Under the pieces are notes generated by a model. That model made no database searches. It saw only the letters and a list, made by a program, of their open reading frames with translations, and was not told the DNA's origin. DNA of 64,000 nucleotides from Gracilinanus agilis. Taxonomy: Eukaryota. The stretch is taken from NCBI RefSeq assembly GCF_016433145.1, contig NC_058132.1, positions 89,362,114 to 89,426,113 of the forward strand. The letters are read 5' to 3'. Both the position numbers and the translations under genes were made by a program. Shown one piece after another: positions 12,351 through 24,665 of the stretch. Position 1 is the first letter of the stretch. Every line of letters starts with the position of its first letter.

Positions 12351-13798
12351 CAATCAGTATTTTAAATCCACATCTTTAACTGTTAAATGTTTTAATGGAA
12401 TTTGAGAAATTATCTTTTTGATTTTTTAAAACTTCAGTTTATGGAATTACAACTGATATTTAGTATTGAAGAATCAGTTGATAATATTGAATAGCCTGGA
12501 TAAACCCCAAAGCTTAAACTATTGAAACCTGCCGTTTGTTATTAAATCTTATGGGACTATAACTAATTGAGTCAGATTCCAGGAAATCTAGAAAGGAACT
12601 GCTAACAAGTCACTGATCAATTCAGATAAACAGATGGTCACAGATGTCAATAATCCCTATGGGGGTGATAAATGTCAGTACCAAAGTAGGGGAACTTTCT
12701 TGGTGGGAGTCAGAGAAGTGGCTATTTACCGAAGTTCTCAACTTGGTCTTCTCTGATTTAGCCTATAAGACACGAGCCTAAATATCCTTATTTGACTCTA
12801 ACTTGGACTTGCCATCCTTATGATTGAGTAAAAATCAGACTACTGGGCCACATTCCCCTTTTTGTCTGATGTTTGTCCTATTTTTTTTTTTTTTGGTGTG
12901 GCAACCTTCTTAAATCATGGCAGATGGTGGGTAACTATAATATTGTTGCACCTGACCTACATGCTTGTAAGATATAAACTACCTCCACTAGACTTTGAAT
13001 ATGTATCAGGGACTTGTTATGATTTTAACTTATTTAGTTATATTTTCCTCAACTTGTTTATGGGAGAGATGATTCATATTTTATTTAATTCATTCTTGAA
13101 TTAGTAAATTTGTAGCCTAGCCATACATATTTACCAAATCTACTGTTGTTGTAAATGAATATTCACTGTTGGAATAGTATTTTGTATTATCATGAGGTTT
13201 TGTTAGGATTGGATCCTGGCTAGTATCGCATTCTCCCAAGGGACGATTTTGAAGTTATCCTAAAGATCCATAGACTAAAATCTTCTTAAAGAAATTTTAG
13301 GGAAAGATATCACCAGTAACCTGGACCAAGAAAGCAGATCTCCTGGAGAAGATTCTATAAGGACCATCATGATTCCAGACAGACTAAAAAGATGGCAGCA
13401 ATAGAGGATGTCCCCCAAAATCAAACACTATATTATGAAACTCTATGGGAGCCTTTGGATATAATGAAGTATAATGAACTGTAGAGGGTTGTGCCTTCTA
13501 TCCACTTTAATTCTTGATTGTAAAACTCTTGTGCCAAAAAAGTAGAGAAGCCACTAATGGACTTTTTGTTGATGTGCCTATCAATCATTTGTAATATGTA
13601 AAGAAATACCCAAAATGTAGTTAGATACTCCATGAAATGTATATCTTTGTGCCCTTATAAATCCTGGTGAGATGATCCTGAAATATAGAGATGTTATATG
13701 TGGGATGATTCTTTAAGGAGACTAGCATGTTAATCTTCAAAAAAATCAGAATGGGGAGTCTAATATGTTAATCTCCCAAAGAATCAAGGGGAGAGGGC

Positions 13799-13901
13799 TG
13801 TGTGAATTTAATCTTATTCCTTTTGAAAAGCCATTTTGGACAGTATCAGTCCCATCCATTGGGTATTCATACATACTATGGGAAGGCACCAATGGCCTCT
13901 T
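13799..13901 (+). repeat. Truncated 3' LTR of the ERV
   Basis: Immediately follows the purine tract; collinear with the first ~115 nt of the 5' LTR, then homology is lost and L1 sequence follows. Confidence 0.75.
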
Positions 13902-13949
13902 AATTATTCCATAAGTTAATTTGGCACCATCCCCAACCTAATTCAGAAT

Positions 13950-14460
13950 TGTCCTGCATGTTTATACTGATCAAAATAGCTAAATTGTTCACAGTGAATC
14001 ACCAAACAATATTATTGGTACTGTGTATAATGTTCTCCTGGTTATGCTTATTTCACTTTGCATTCAGCAAGTCTACCCAGGTTTTTCCAAAAGCATCCTG
14101 CCAGTCATTTCTTCTACCACAACAGTATTCCATTGCAATCATATACCAGAACTTGTTCACTCATTTCCCAGTCAATGTGCTGTTGCTGTTTCCAATTCAG
14201 CTTCTTCCAAGGCCTTCCAGTGCCAACAGGAAACTGCCTGCTCTGAACAGTTTGTACTACACTCTGTTCCTGGCAGCACTCTAGTGAAATAGATTTTTTC
14301 TACCAATCTCCTAAGTTGTCTTGGCATAGAGACCTGATTCACCTGAACTTTTGTTGGTCCATTCACTACAGAATTTGATTTGAGGTATTATTTTGTAATT
14401 TTTAAAGGGAAATTTGAGAGATTTTAAATTAAATTTTCTCTACTCTGCCATCTTGGCTCT
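13950..14460 (-). mobile_element. Internally deleted L1: 5' UTR start joined to the ORF2 3' end
   Basis: On -, AGAGCCAAGATGGCAGAGTAG (14460-14440) resembles an L1 5' terminus; ~14175-13950 matches the marsupial L1 ORF2 end/3' UTR. Confidence 0.6.
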
Positions 14461-14569
14461 CCTCTCCCGAGATCTCATTATTAAGAAAAATTTTGATCTT
14501 GACCAATGTTCATTATATAAGCCAAGATAAACTCAAAATGGGTGCATAATTTAGAGAGTATGTTGCTAT

Positions 14570-15460
14570 ATAAGCCAGTAAAGGGAATGTGGAGTTAATT
14601 ACCTGTCAAACTATTGATAAGAAAAGAGTTCAAGACTAAAAAAAAAAGAAGAAAGATTCACAGATGACAAAATAGATCATTTGGTTACATAAAATTAAAA
14701 AGGTTTTATACAAATAAAACAAACAAAATTGGGAGGAAAGTAAAAAATATTTACAGTAAATTTCTCTAATAAAGAAATTGTTTCTCAAATATAGAACACA
14801 TTAATTCAAATTTACAGGGAAAGGAGACATTCTTCCATTGAAGCATGGTCAAGGAAATGAATACACAGTTTTCAAAAGAAGAAATCTAAACCAACAATAA
14901 CAATATCAAAATGTGACCTAAATCATATATAAATTAACACTAAATGCACATTAAAACATTGCTGAATACTGATTCTCACCCATTGGATTGGCTAACATGA
15001 CAGGAAAGGAAAAATGACTAATTCTTTAGGGCTTGTGGGAAAACTCATATCCTATTGTACTATTGATAGAACTGTAAATTTGTCCATCTATTCCAGAAAG
15101 CAATTTAGAATTATTCCCTAAAAGCTATTAAACTGTTCATAAGCTTTGACTTATCAATATTGCTACTAAATCTATACCCAAAAGAGTTCAGTGAAAAGGG
15201 AAAAGGACAGAAATGTGCAACAATATTTACAGCAACTCTTTTTATGGTGGCAAAGAATAAAAAACTGAGCGATGCTTCTCTTTTGGGAAACAGATGAAGA
15301 AATTATGATCTAGGAATATTAAGATATATTATTGTGCTGTAAGTCTTGCTTACATGACTTAAATGTAAAGGGGAATATTGTAGAAAATTCTTGAAAGACA
15401 TATGAACTGATGTAAAATAAAATGAGCAGAACAAGAAGTATAGCTTCTCTTTCATTTTCA
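14570..15460 (+). mobile_element. Degraded L1 ORF2 C-terminal region
   Basis: Typical L1 strings such as ATAAAATTAAAAAGGTTTTATACAAA, CTCACCCATTGGATTGGC and GCTACTAAATCTATACCCAAAAGAG. Confidence 0.75.
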
Positions 15461-15794
15461 TTTGGACATAGGTTATGTTACAATTATTTTTAAATACTAC
15501 ATATTTTAGGTTTTTCTTTCAATTTTCAGTGGAGAAAAGGGAGCGAAAGAAGTACAGAATTGAAAAATAAAATTTAATTTAATTTAAAACAATGTTTTTA
15601 TTTCAGATCTTTCATTTGTCATATCACTGTCTTTTCCCACTAATTCATTGCTCTCTAACTTCAACATAACTCTCATAAAAAATTAAGCACAGTAAAATGA
15701 AATAGCAATTATGTCTCATAGGCTTAATTCATTCTGCCCCTCTAGGCCAATGACATATTTTTCTCTTAGGTTTGACAAAGATATTTATACCACA

Positions 15795-16008
15795 TGACAT
15801 AACTGCAAAGACATTTATTGGAATGAATGAAGATCACAGAAAACAATGTTCTGGATCCTAACAAGATTTCAACAAGTCAGGCAGCAGCAACCTTCTTGGC
15901 AGCTCTCCTCTCAGCAAGTATCCATTGCTTCTGCTTTGCAAGACATTTCTGGGCAGATGCATTGACTCCAATTTCATGATATCAGTCCTGATGAGATTTT
16001 GCAACCTC
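15795..16008 (-). pseudogene. NDUFB10: Processed pseudogene fragment (last ~43 codons plus 3' UTR) of NADH:ubiquinone oxidoreductase subunit B10
   Basis: Minus-strand translation EVAKSHQD*YHEIGVNASAQKCLAKQKQWILAERRAAKKVAAA* against the recalled human C-terminus [45 protein letters not shown]. Internal TGA at the Arg position (15982-15984), terminal stop at 15877-15879, AATAAA at 15814-15819. Confidence 0.85.
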
Positions 16009-16772
16009 ATAGCCTTTTGAATTCATTACCATTCTTTGAATTGATCAGATTTCTGTATTCTTTCATTATACCTTTCCTTTACATTATAGTAATTTTTTAC
16101 ACTATTGTCTCAGTTCTATTTATTTTGTTCTCCATCACTTCACATAAATGTCCCCAAGTATACATGAATTTGCCATATGCTTCATTTTAAGGGTGTAATT
16201 ATATTTCATTATATTGATATAATACAATTTTTATAGCAATTCCAACTGTATTGGTCATTCGCTTTGTTTCCATTTCCTTTGTATTAGAAAGTGTAGCTAA
16301 AAATGTTTCTGTATACTTTGGACTTTCCCTTTCATTTTTGAGTTTATTGGTGTATATGGTAAACAGAATCAAACTAAACTGAGAGCCAGTTTTTTTTCTA
16401 TCTTGCCTCCTAAGTAAAATAATATATTATTTGCTTATATGTCTTAGTGTAACAATTTTGATGCCTATTTTGTGGGTACATAAACATATCATTCAGTAGA
16501 TATATTTATGTATTTAGTTTTTATTATATAGCAAATAATCTAGTGTTTTATATAGTAAATGTCTGTGTGCTGATATACATATGTTTAAATTTGCATACAA
16601 TATTTAGGGATGTTCGTGTATGCAATGTATATTACTTGAAACCCTCAGTTATCTATTTCCTGTCATTGTTGAGCCATTTTCTTGCCTATTTCTGATCCAG
16701 TACTGTAGTGCTGAAGAAGAAGGTTGGTAAAATGTGTATGTTGGGGTGGGGGTTGATTCCCATAATACCCAT

Positions 16773-17655
16773 TTTTTAAATTTTAGAATATTTTTCCATG
16801 GTTACATAGTTCCTTATCCCTCCCTTTCCTCCTCCCTCCCAAAGCTGACAAGCAGTTCCACTCAATTATGCACGTATCATTGTTCAAAACCTATTTCCAT
16901 GTTATTCATATTTGGAGGAGAGTGATCTTTTAACATTAAAACCCTAATCATATCATTATTGAACTACATGATCAATCATATGTTTTTGTTCTGCATTTTT
17001 TTCACAATTCTTTCTCTGGATAGCATTCTTTCTCATAATTTCCTAGGGATTGTCCTGAGTCACTGCATACTAGTAGAAAAATCTATTACATTTGATTGTG
17101 CCATAACGTATCAGTCTCTGTGTACAATGTTCTTCTGGTTCTGCTCCTTTCACTCTGCATCAATTCCTGGAAGTCATTCCAGTTCACATGGAATTCCTCC
17201 AGTTCATTATTCCTTTTAGCACAATAATATTCCATCACCATCAGATACCACAATTTATTGAACCATTCCCCAATTGATAGATACCCCCTCATTTTCCAAT
17301 TTTCTGTCACCACAAAAAATGCTGCTATAAATATTTTTGTACAATTCTTTTTATTATCTCTTTAGGTTACAAACCCAGCAATGGTATGGTTGGAGCAAAG
17401 GACAGGCATTCTTTTGAAGCCTTTTACTCACAATTTCAAATTGTCCTGCAGAATGGTTGTACCAATTCACAACTCCACCATGAGTGTATTAGTGTCCCAA
17501 TTTTGCCACATCCCCTCCAATATTTATCACTTTGCTGCCATATTGGCCAGTCTGCTAGGCATCAGGTGGTACCTCAGAGTTGTTTTAATTTTCATTTCTC
17601 TAATCTGGAGGGACTTAGAACACTTTTTCATGTACTTATTGATAGTTTTGATTTC
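16773..17655 (-). mobile_element. 5'-truncated opossum L1 (3' ~0.9 kb)
   Basis: ORF 17086-17313(-) NWK..GY.SIGEW.NKLWY.MVMEYYCA is the L1 ORF2 C-terminus, followed by 3' UTR and an A-tail at ~16773. Confidence 0.9.
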
Positions 17656-20600
17656 ACTATAATATCCTTTATGGACATCCCAAGAGATGGTTTTGGCCCC
17701 ACTTGGGATCTTTGGTAGTTAGGATGCCAGTTATCTGTGGGACTCAGGTTGTAACCTCTAAACAAAGGAAGCAGCTGGCTTTGGGAGCTTATGGTAACAT
17801 AAAGACCTCAGGGTTAGCTATATATATCTCTTGTGATTTTAACAGCAGAACAATGTATTGCTATTTGCTTGTTGGACCTGATCCCAGCTCAGAGTGATCC
17901 AGCTATGGAAAATGAATTTCTCTACTCTTTCCCCTAACCATGAGAGGTGAGTGAGAGGAATGATAACTAGCAAGAGATGGCCAGTGGGAATATGGGGACT
18001 ATATATCTGACAGTCTGATAACTGAGCTGAAAAGCTATAATTAATTAACTAAATTCAATCAAACTCTCTAGTGTTACTGTTTAGGGTGATAGGAATATAG
18101 GTCTAAGAGATGTTTAGCATGGTTGCTTTGGGATGGAGTAGGTAGTCCTGAATGGTCAGGTCTCTGAGAGTTAAAAGTATGTTCAAAGCTCATCTAGTTC
18201 AATCTGTATCTGGTCAATTTTCCCTTCTACAACATCTCAAAAAATAATTACCTAATATCCATTTTAAGAATTCCAAGAAGAGGGGAGAACATTATTCACA
18301 AAATAGTATATTTCACTTTTTTAAAAATGTTTAATCTTTAATTGTTTCCACTAATTCTACACACTGTTTTCATATCCCTGATTACCATTCTCAGGACAGG
18401 CTTCAGTTTGCCAATGTCCTTTAGATGCTATGGCATTTATCACTGAACCCAGCATTTTACCTGTGGTCCAATCACAGCAGAATACACAGTTATAACCTCC
18501 CTCATTCTGAATAATAGTCTTCCTAAAATAAACTTAACTTTATGACTTCCATATCAAAAAGCTGTTATATATGCTAAGAGTAACACATTTACTTCACCAG
18601 CCCTTTCACATTAACTATTTTTTAAACAACTCTTCAATTTTCTTGTATTTTCTAGTGAGTATTATGACCCACAAGCCAATATTTTTACTTCAGCTAGATT
18701 GGATTCACTTTAATTTTTATTTTTACTAACAGATTTTTTCTTTAGATTTTTTTATATTTGAATCTATCTTCCAATTTGTTAACTCTCATTGTTACACTTA
18801 TTAAATTTGTGGATAACTTTAATGAGAGAATAAGAGTTAACAATTGTAACAATAATAACTGACTTCTCTATGTTGCATTAGACTTTGCAAAAGAATATAT
18901 CTGGATCAAGTAATTTCAACAAATTGAATATAACAGTATTTTTTACCATTTCTGTACTTTTTAAAAAAAGTGTTATTATTTCAATTAACCAGCATTTTTT
19001 TCTCCTTTCCATATTTCCCTTCTCTTCTTAAAAATAAAGAACACTTATAACAAGTATATCTAATCAGGCAAAGCAAATTTCCACATTGCCATTGTCCAAA
19101 ATGTGCATATCCTTTCCAGTTCTAGGTTAACATATTTATGCTCTACTTTTTATGTAAAGATAATTTATAGAGAAAATAGGAGTAAAATAAATTTGAGTAA
19201 TCCGGGTAATTCTTTGTGATATGTTACCATCTTCCCATTAAGTATAAGCAACAAGTCTACCATTTTTTAAAAAATTCTCTCATCCTGCAAACAGGTTGGA
19301 AATTTTAAAGTCCTTTTTACTCACAGGGTGTACCGTCAAACCCATTTTTTTCTATATTTAAAGAAACTTAACACTATTTTAGTATCCCATCATGTCTTAA
19401 AGTCCATACTCTTCTCAATTGTAAAATGAGAATAATAATAGCATCTACTCCAAGGATTGTTTTAAAGATCAAATAAAATGATTTCCTCAGTGCCTGACAC
19501 ACAGTAGGCACTTAATAAGTATTTATTTCTTTCCTCTTGTTCCATCCAACACTATTACCTGCCTTATTTTCCACTTCTAGATTATTTTTCCTAATCTAAA
19601 TTCATAATTAGTAACAAGGGCATCCTAAACAGTTTCTTTAGCTTCTTCTTTTTCTACCTTATCTGAAGTGTTTTCCTCCCCCCCCCCCACCATGTCAGAA
19701 TTCTGTTTCTAGAATTACAGGATAGCTAGAGGGTATCTTACAGATGATCAAGTCTAACTCCTTTATTTTACAGATGAGGAAATTGAGGCTCAGTAACTTG
19801 CTCATGATCATACCTTTAAGCAAGTATCAAAGTTGAAATTATTATTTCAATTTGGGTTTCCTGATTTGAGACACTAAAGAGCTCTTTCAACTCTCACAAT
19901 TAGAATTCCATCCTTCTTGGGGCCAAAATTTTTTAAAGAACCTTTGGCCTTAGGATCCTACTCATGCTTTTCTGAACTCTTAAGTAACAGGAAGAGCAAG
20001 TAATATGCCTAATTTCATACCACAAGTTCTTTTCACAGCCAGTTATATAAAGCAGATATCCTGGGATCTGGGAGGTATGGGCAGATATAAGAAGGGAACA
20101 CCTGAAGTCTAAAGAAATGTAAAGGACTGCATAACTTCGAGGATGGTAATCAGAGGCTAAAAGATGTGTGGAGGTTACCTACATACTAGATAATAGGAGC
20201 AAGTGAAGACTATCTTCATCATGATCCTTTCTGCTCTGTGTTGCTGTGGGCCAGGAAAACAAGGTGAAGAAAAAGAGTAAAAGAAAGAAGAGAAAGGGGA
20301 AAACCTTTATACAGTACCTACCATACCAAATATCATTCTGACCTTTATGAATATAACATTGATGCTCACAACTCCATGAGGAAGGTTCTATTATCATCAT
20401 TTTGTAATTGAGGAAACTGAGGCTTTTAGTCAAGTGACTTTCCAAGGGTCATATAATAGAAAGTTTCAGAGACTAGATTTGAAATCATATCATCCTGACT
20501 CCAGCTCCAGCATTGTGCATTGTGCTGCTTTCTTTCTAGTTATCATCCTCTTTGATTCTTCGGTAGTATTTGACATTATCAACAACTCCATCCTTCTTGA

Positions 20601-21699
20601 TATATTCTATGTCCTCAGTTCCATGACATTCTAATCAATAGTTCTCCTAGTTATCTGCTTATTTGTTTTCTGCATTTACTGTTTCCTTAACTTCCATCTA
20701 CCACCTAAAATGTGGATGTTCCCAAGACTTTGTCGCTGGTCCTCTTAGCTTCCTATATTATCCCTCTTGTAATTAAGGAATCTAGGTGGTGCAGTGAACA
20801 GTGTTTGGTTTTGAGTCAAGAAGATCTGACTTCAAATCCAGCTTTAGACAGTTGTGAGCTATATGTCTCTGGGGAATTTACTTTACCTCTCTGTCTTAGT
20901 TTCCTTATCTGTAAGATGAGGATATTAAAAGTATATACCCTCTCAGAGATGAGACACATACATAGTGACCCTGAACAAATTATTTAACTCTGAAGTCCTC
21001 TAATCTAGGCATATGTTTAAGAGTTTTAATTCTTAAATTAAGACTATAATTGTGGAAATATTTTAGTTCTGCATTGGGAAAAGAAACTTCCTCATCCAGA
21101 AGTTTCCTATATCAATAAAACCACAAATCGAATCCCTACTCTTATCATATTGGTGGCAGCACCATTTCCCAATAAACCAAGCCTCTAAACTGAGAGTCAC
21201 CCTTTATTCTTTCATCCCAGGACTTCATATCCAAGCTACAGCTGATGTTGAAGTCACTGTATTTGCCTAGGGTGGCAAAGTTAGGTGCTGCTGCTTCAAT
21301 GACATTTTCCCCATTCATTCTATTCCCTTACTACCCATCACCCAAGATGTAGCTGATTTCTTAATTCTCAAACTCTCCTCAGCTTCAACAATTCCATTGA
21401 CTTCATCATATCCTACATTAGAAGACAAATGGTTGCATATATGTTTTTGACTCTAGATTTTACTTCCATCACAGTAGGCACTTTAGCGTATCTATAATTA
21501 TTTGCTCAATATTTCATATCATATTTAACACATAGAAGACAGGCAATCAGTTAGTATAGTGGAATTCTTTAATTCATCAGAAAAAAACTATGAAATTGAA
21601 AGTTTATAAAGACACTTGTGCATATAAACTTGCTTGGTAGCAGTTTGCTTACTCTTTGCATGTATCAGTATAGGAAATGTGAGGGTTGGCAAGTTCTTT

Positions 21700-21889
21700 T
21701 TTGTTTGTTTTTTTTAAAACTTAACTTCTGTGTATTGGCTCCTAGGTGGAAGAGTGGTAAGGGTGGGCAATGGGGGTCAAGTGACTTGCCCAGGGTCACA
21801 CAGCTGGGAAGTGTCTAAGGTCAGATTTGAACCTAAGACCTCCCGTCTCTAGGCCTGACTCCCAATCCACTGAGTACCCAGCTGCCCCC
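21700..21889 (-). mobile_element. SINE1_Mdo-like SINE
   Basis: Same consensus; TSD TTGGCAAGTTCTTT (21686-21699, 21890-21903). Confidence 0.9.
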
Positions 21890-22749
21890 TTGGCAAGTTC
21901 TTTATTCATTTTGATCTTCATATTCAAGCTCTAATGGTTCCTTATTTATTAAATTTTACACTCCACTAATTAGCATTTCAGACAATCCACAACAACATGA
22001 CATCATTCAGCCTTTCCAACTTTAGTAAATTTTTTTCTGCCATATTTCCTTTAAATATCAGACAGTCTAAATCATGTACTCCCTTCCCAACGTAGCCTGG
22101 TCTTTGATGTTTCTATATTTCTTTAGTTGATACCTAATACCTAGAATACCATTTCTTCTGCTTTCTATCTATTAAAAATATAACTCAAACGTCAATTTGA
22201 TTGATTGTATTTTCAGGATCTATTTCACTTATCATATAGTATTATATTATACTTATCTATTTGCATCTAACATTCTTTCTTAAGGGAATCCAAGGAGACA
22301 AAAATAATGTATATTTTATGTGTCTTTAGACCCTAGCACTGCCCAGCAGGCACTTAATAAATATTTGTTGTGCCTTCATTTCTTAAACAAGACAGGGACA
22401 TATAATCTCAGATGGGATATTTAAAGTATCTCTTGTTACTGAATAACTGTCAACATTGTGAGAAGAATGTATCATTGACTTATCTATCTAAACATTAGCA
22501 TGCTTGGAATGGAAGATATTTGTCAGGAGAGGGAGGTTGTAGTTCAGTCATTTCTATTTTTCATCCATGAAAGCACAGGGTAGGGTATTGAAAAGTTGAT
22601 ACACATTCCAGTGGTTAGTTTAAAATGAAGAATTCTCTCCTTCCAGATGCAGCAAGTGGTATTCACACCAAGCTTCATATTGACCTGTATAGACCAAGTG
22701 TGGGATAGAAAAATAAACAGAAACCATATATATATTCAGTGGTCCTACA

Positions 22750-23706
22750 ATGTTTGACTTTAACTCCACTGGATTCAATAATCCCAGTACATTTATTCTT
22801 CTGGGTATCCCTGGGTTAGAAGCCTTACATATCTGGATCTCCATTCCTTTCTGCTCTATTTATGCTGTTGCCTTGTTGGGAAATGTGAGCATCCTCTTCA
22901 TCATCAAGACAGATTCCTCTCTCCATGAACCCATGTTCTACTTCCTCTCCATGCTGGCCATCACTGACCTTATCCTCTCAACATCAACTCTGCCTAAGAT
23001 GCTTGGACTATTCTGGTTCAGTGACCATGAGATCAACTTCCATGCCTGCCTAACTCAGATGTTTTTCATTCATGCTTTCTCTGGAGTAGAGTCTGGACTC
23101 CTGGTAGCCATGGCATTGGACCGATATGTAGCCATCTGCAACCCACTGAGACACTCATCCATACTCACCAACCCTGTGGTGGTCCAGGTAGGCATGGTGG
23201 CACTTCTACGGGGCTTAATACTCATGACTCCCCATCCTTTCCTAGTGAGGAGGTGGCCATACTGCCGGACCAATATTGTCCCACACACTTACTGTGAACA
23301 CATGGCTGTCGTGAAATTGGCCTGTGCTGACATCTCCATCAACAGCCTCTACAGTTTAGCTGTCATCATCCTGATTGTGGGCACAGATGTAACATGCATC
23401 TCTCTATCTTACATCCAGATTCTCCGAGCAGTCTTCAACCTCTCTTCTAAAGAAGCCCGCTTAAAAACCCTCAGTACCTGTGGCTCCCACGTCTGTGTTA
23501 TTCTTACTTTCTATATCCCTGCCCTTTTCTCTTTCCTTACTCATCGTTTCAGTAAGCAAATTCCCCGCCACACCCATATTCTGTTGGCCAATATGTACCT
23601 ATTAGTACCCCCCATGCTCAACCCCATTATCTATGGGGTCAAGACCAAACAGATCCGGGATCGAGTTTTAGTTTTATTCAAAACTAAAACCACCCAAGAA
23701 ATCTGA
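22750..23706 (+). CDS. Olfactory receptor, class I, family 52, intact, 318 aa
   Basis: ORF with [54 protein letters not shown] and [17 protein letters not shown]; N-S-T sequon; shares PHPFL and PYCRT with the 4366 gene; AATAAA at 23837-23842. Confidence 0.96.
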   Translation: MFDFNSTGFNNPSTFILLGIPGLEALHIWISIPFCSIYAVALLGNVSILFIIKTDSSLHEPMFYFLSMLAITDLILSTSTLPKMLGLFWFSDHEINFHACLTQMFFIHAFSGVESGLLVAMALDRYVAICNPLRHSSILTNPVVVQVGMVALLRGLILMTPHPFLVRRWPYCRTNIVPHTYCEHMAVVKLACADISINSLYSLAVIILIVGTDVTCISLSYIQILRAVFNLSSKEARLKTLSTCGSHVCVILTFYIPALFSFLTHRFSKQIPRHTHILLANMYLLVPPMLNPIIYGVKTKQIRDRVLVLFKTKTTQEI

Positions 23707-24009
23707 ACCTGAAATTGATTAACAGTTTAACACCCATATCTATTGCCAATTTGTGTATAAAATTATTGATCAATCCATAAACATTAGATACCTACTTTCA
23801 GTTAAGAACTATTTTATATTATCATTTGTATCTGTAAATAAAAAGGATGAAATAATCTCTGTTCTCAAGGAGCTTTTCTATTCTAATGAACTAGTCAATA
23901 GATATATGAAACACAAAAGTGAATAAATATAAATCACAAAGTAGTTAAATACAAGATACTTTTGGAACGAAGACACTGGCAACTGGGAACCATAAGAGAC
24001 TTCTAGTAG

Positions 24010-24221
24010 GGGCAGCTAGGTGGCTCAGTGGGTAGGGAGTCAGCCCTGGAGTCAAGAGAACATGGGTTCAAATCTGGCTTCAGACACTTCCTAGCAGTGT
24101 GACCCTGGACAATTCACTTAACCCCCACTGCCAAGCTTAATGCTCTTCTGCCTTGAAACTGATACTTCACATGGATTATAAGACAGAAGATGAGGGATTT
24201 TAAATTTAAAAAAAGAAAGAA
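24010..24221 (+). mobile_element. Marsupial Mar/MAR1-type CORE-SINE
   Basis: GGGCAGCTAGGTGGCTCAGTGG head and CORE; TSD AGACTTCTAGTAG (23997-24009, 24222-24234). Related copies at ~6455-6620(-), 26396-26590(+), 33900-34048(-) and 39725-39925(+). Confidence 0.8.
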
Positions 24222-24496
24222 AGACTTCTAGTAGTTCAATGTATTGAAGGAAAAGGAAACACCATAAGGTTAAGGTAAAGAGGCAACATATTCCATGTAT
24301 GTGGAACAATCAGTTTAAAGGTGAGGGAGAAGCAGAGGAGAGGAAAAAGAATCAGAAAAGGATACATTAATTTGGAGCACTTAGTCAAGATTTAGAGTGT
24401 TTCTTTGGGAGAAAGTTCAGAAGAAAGAAGACTAGATATCACCTATCCAGCACAAACTATGCTCAGTTTGAATGCACTTACTATACTCACACTGGG

Positions 24497-24665
24497 GCCA
24501 GGGTTGTATTGGAGCAAGGTCAAACAGCACCAGAGAGATGTTTTTTGAATTGCTAGTGTGAGCATTTACATTTCAGATGTCAGCATACACTATAAATCAG
24601 GTGTTTGTTTTGTTGATTGTTTAAAAATAAGAAAGAGGAGAAAATGTCAATAATTTTAAGTAACT
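24497..24665. mobile_element. hAT-derived MER63-like marsupial element (partial)
   Basis: GTGTGAGCATTTACA...AAATCAGG...TTGTTGATTGT matches the recalled consensus; termini degraded. Confidence 0.55.

Larger units (their letters stand above)
7957..13901 (+). mobile_element. Defective class I (gamma-like/ERV1) endogenous retrovirus: 5' LTR, partial gag, RNase H end plus integrase, env, truncated 3' LTR
   Basis: Both LTRs start TGTGTGAATTTAAT (7957, 13799) and share ATTCCTTTTGAAAA. The 5' LTR ends ...TAACA at 8431, followed by TGG at 8435. A purine tract lies at 13786-13797. Recognisable gag, pol and env peptides lie between. Confidence 0.9.
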
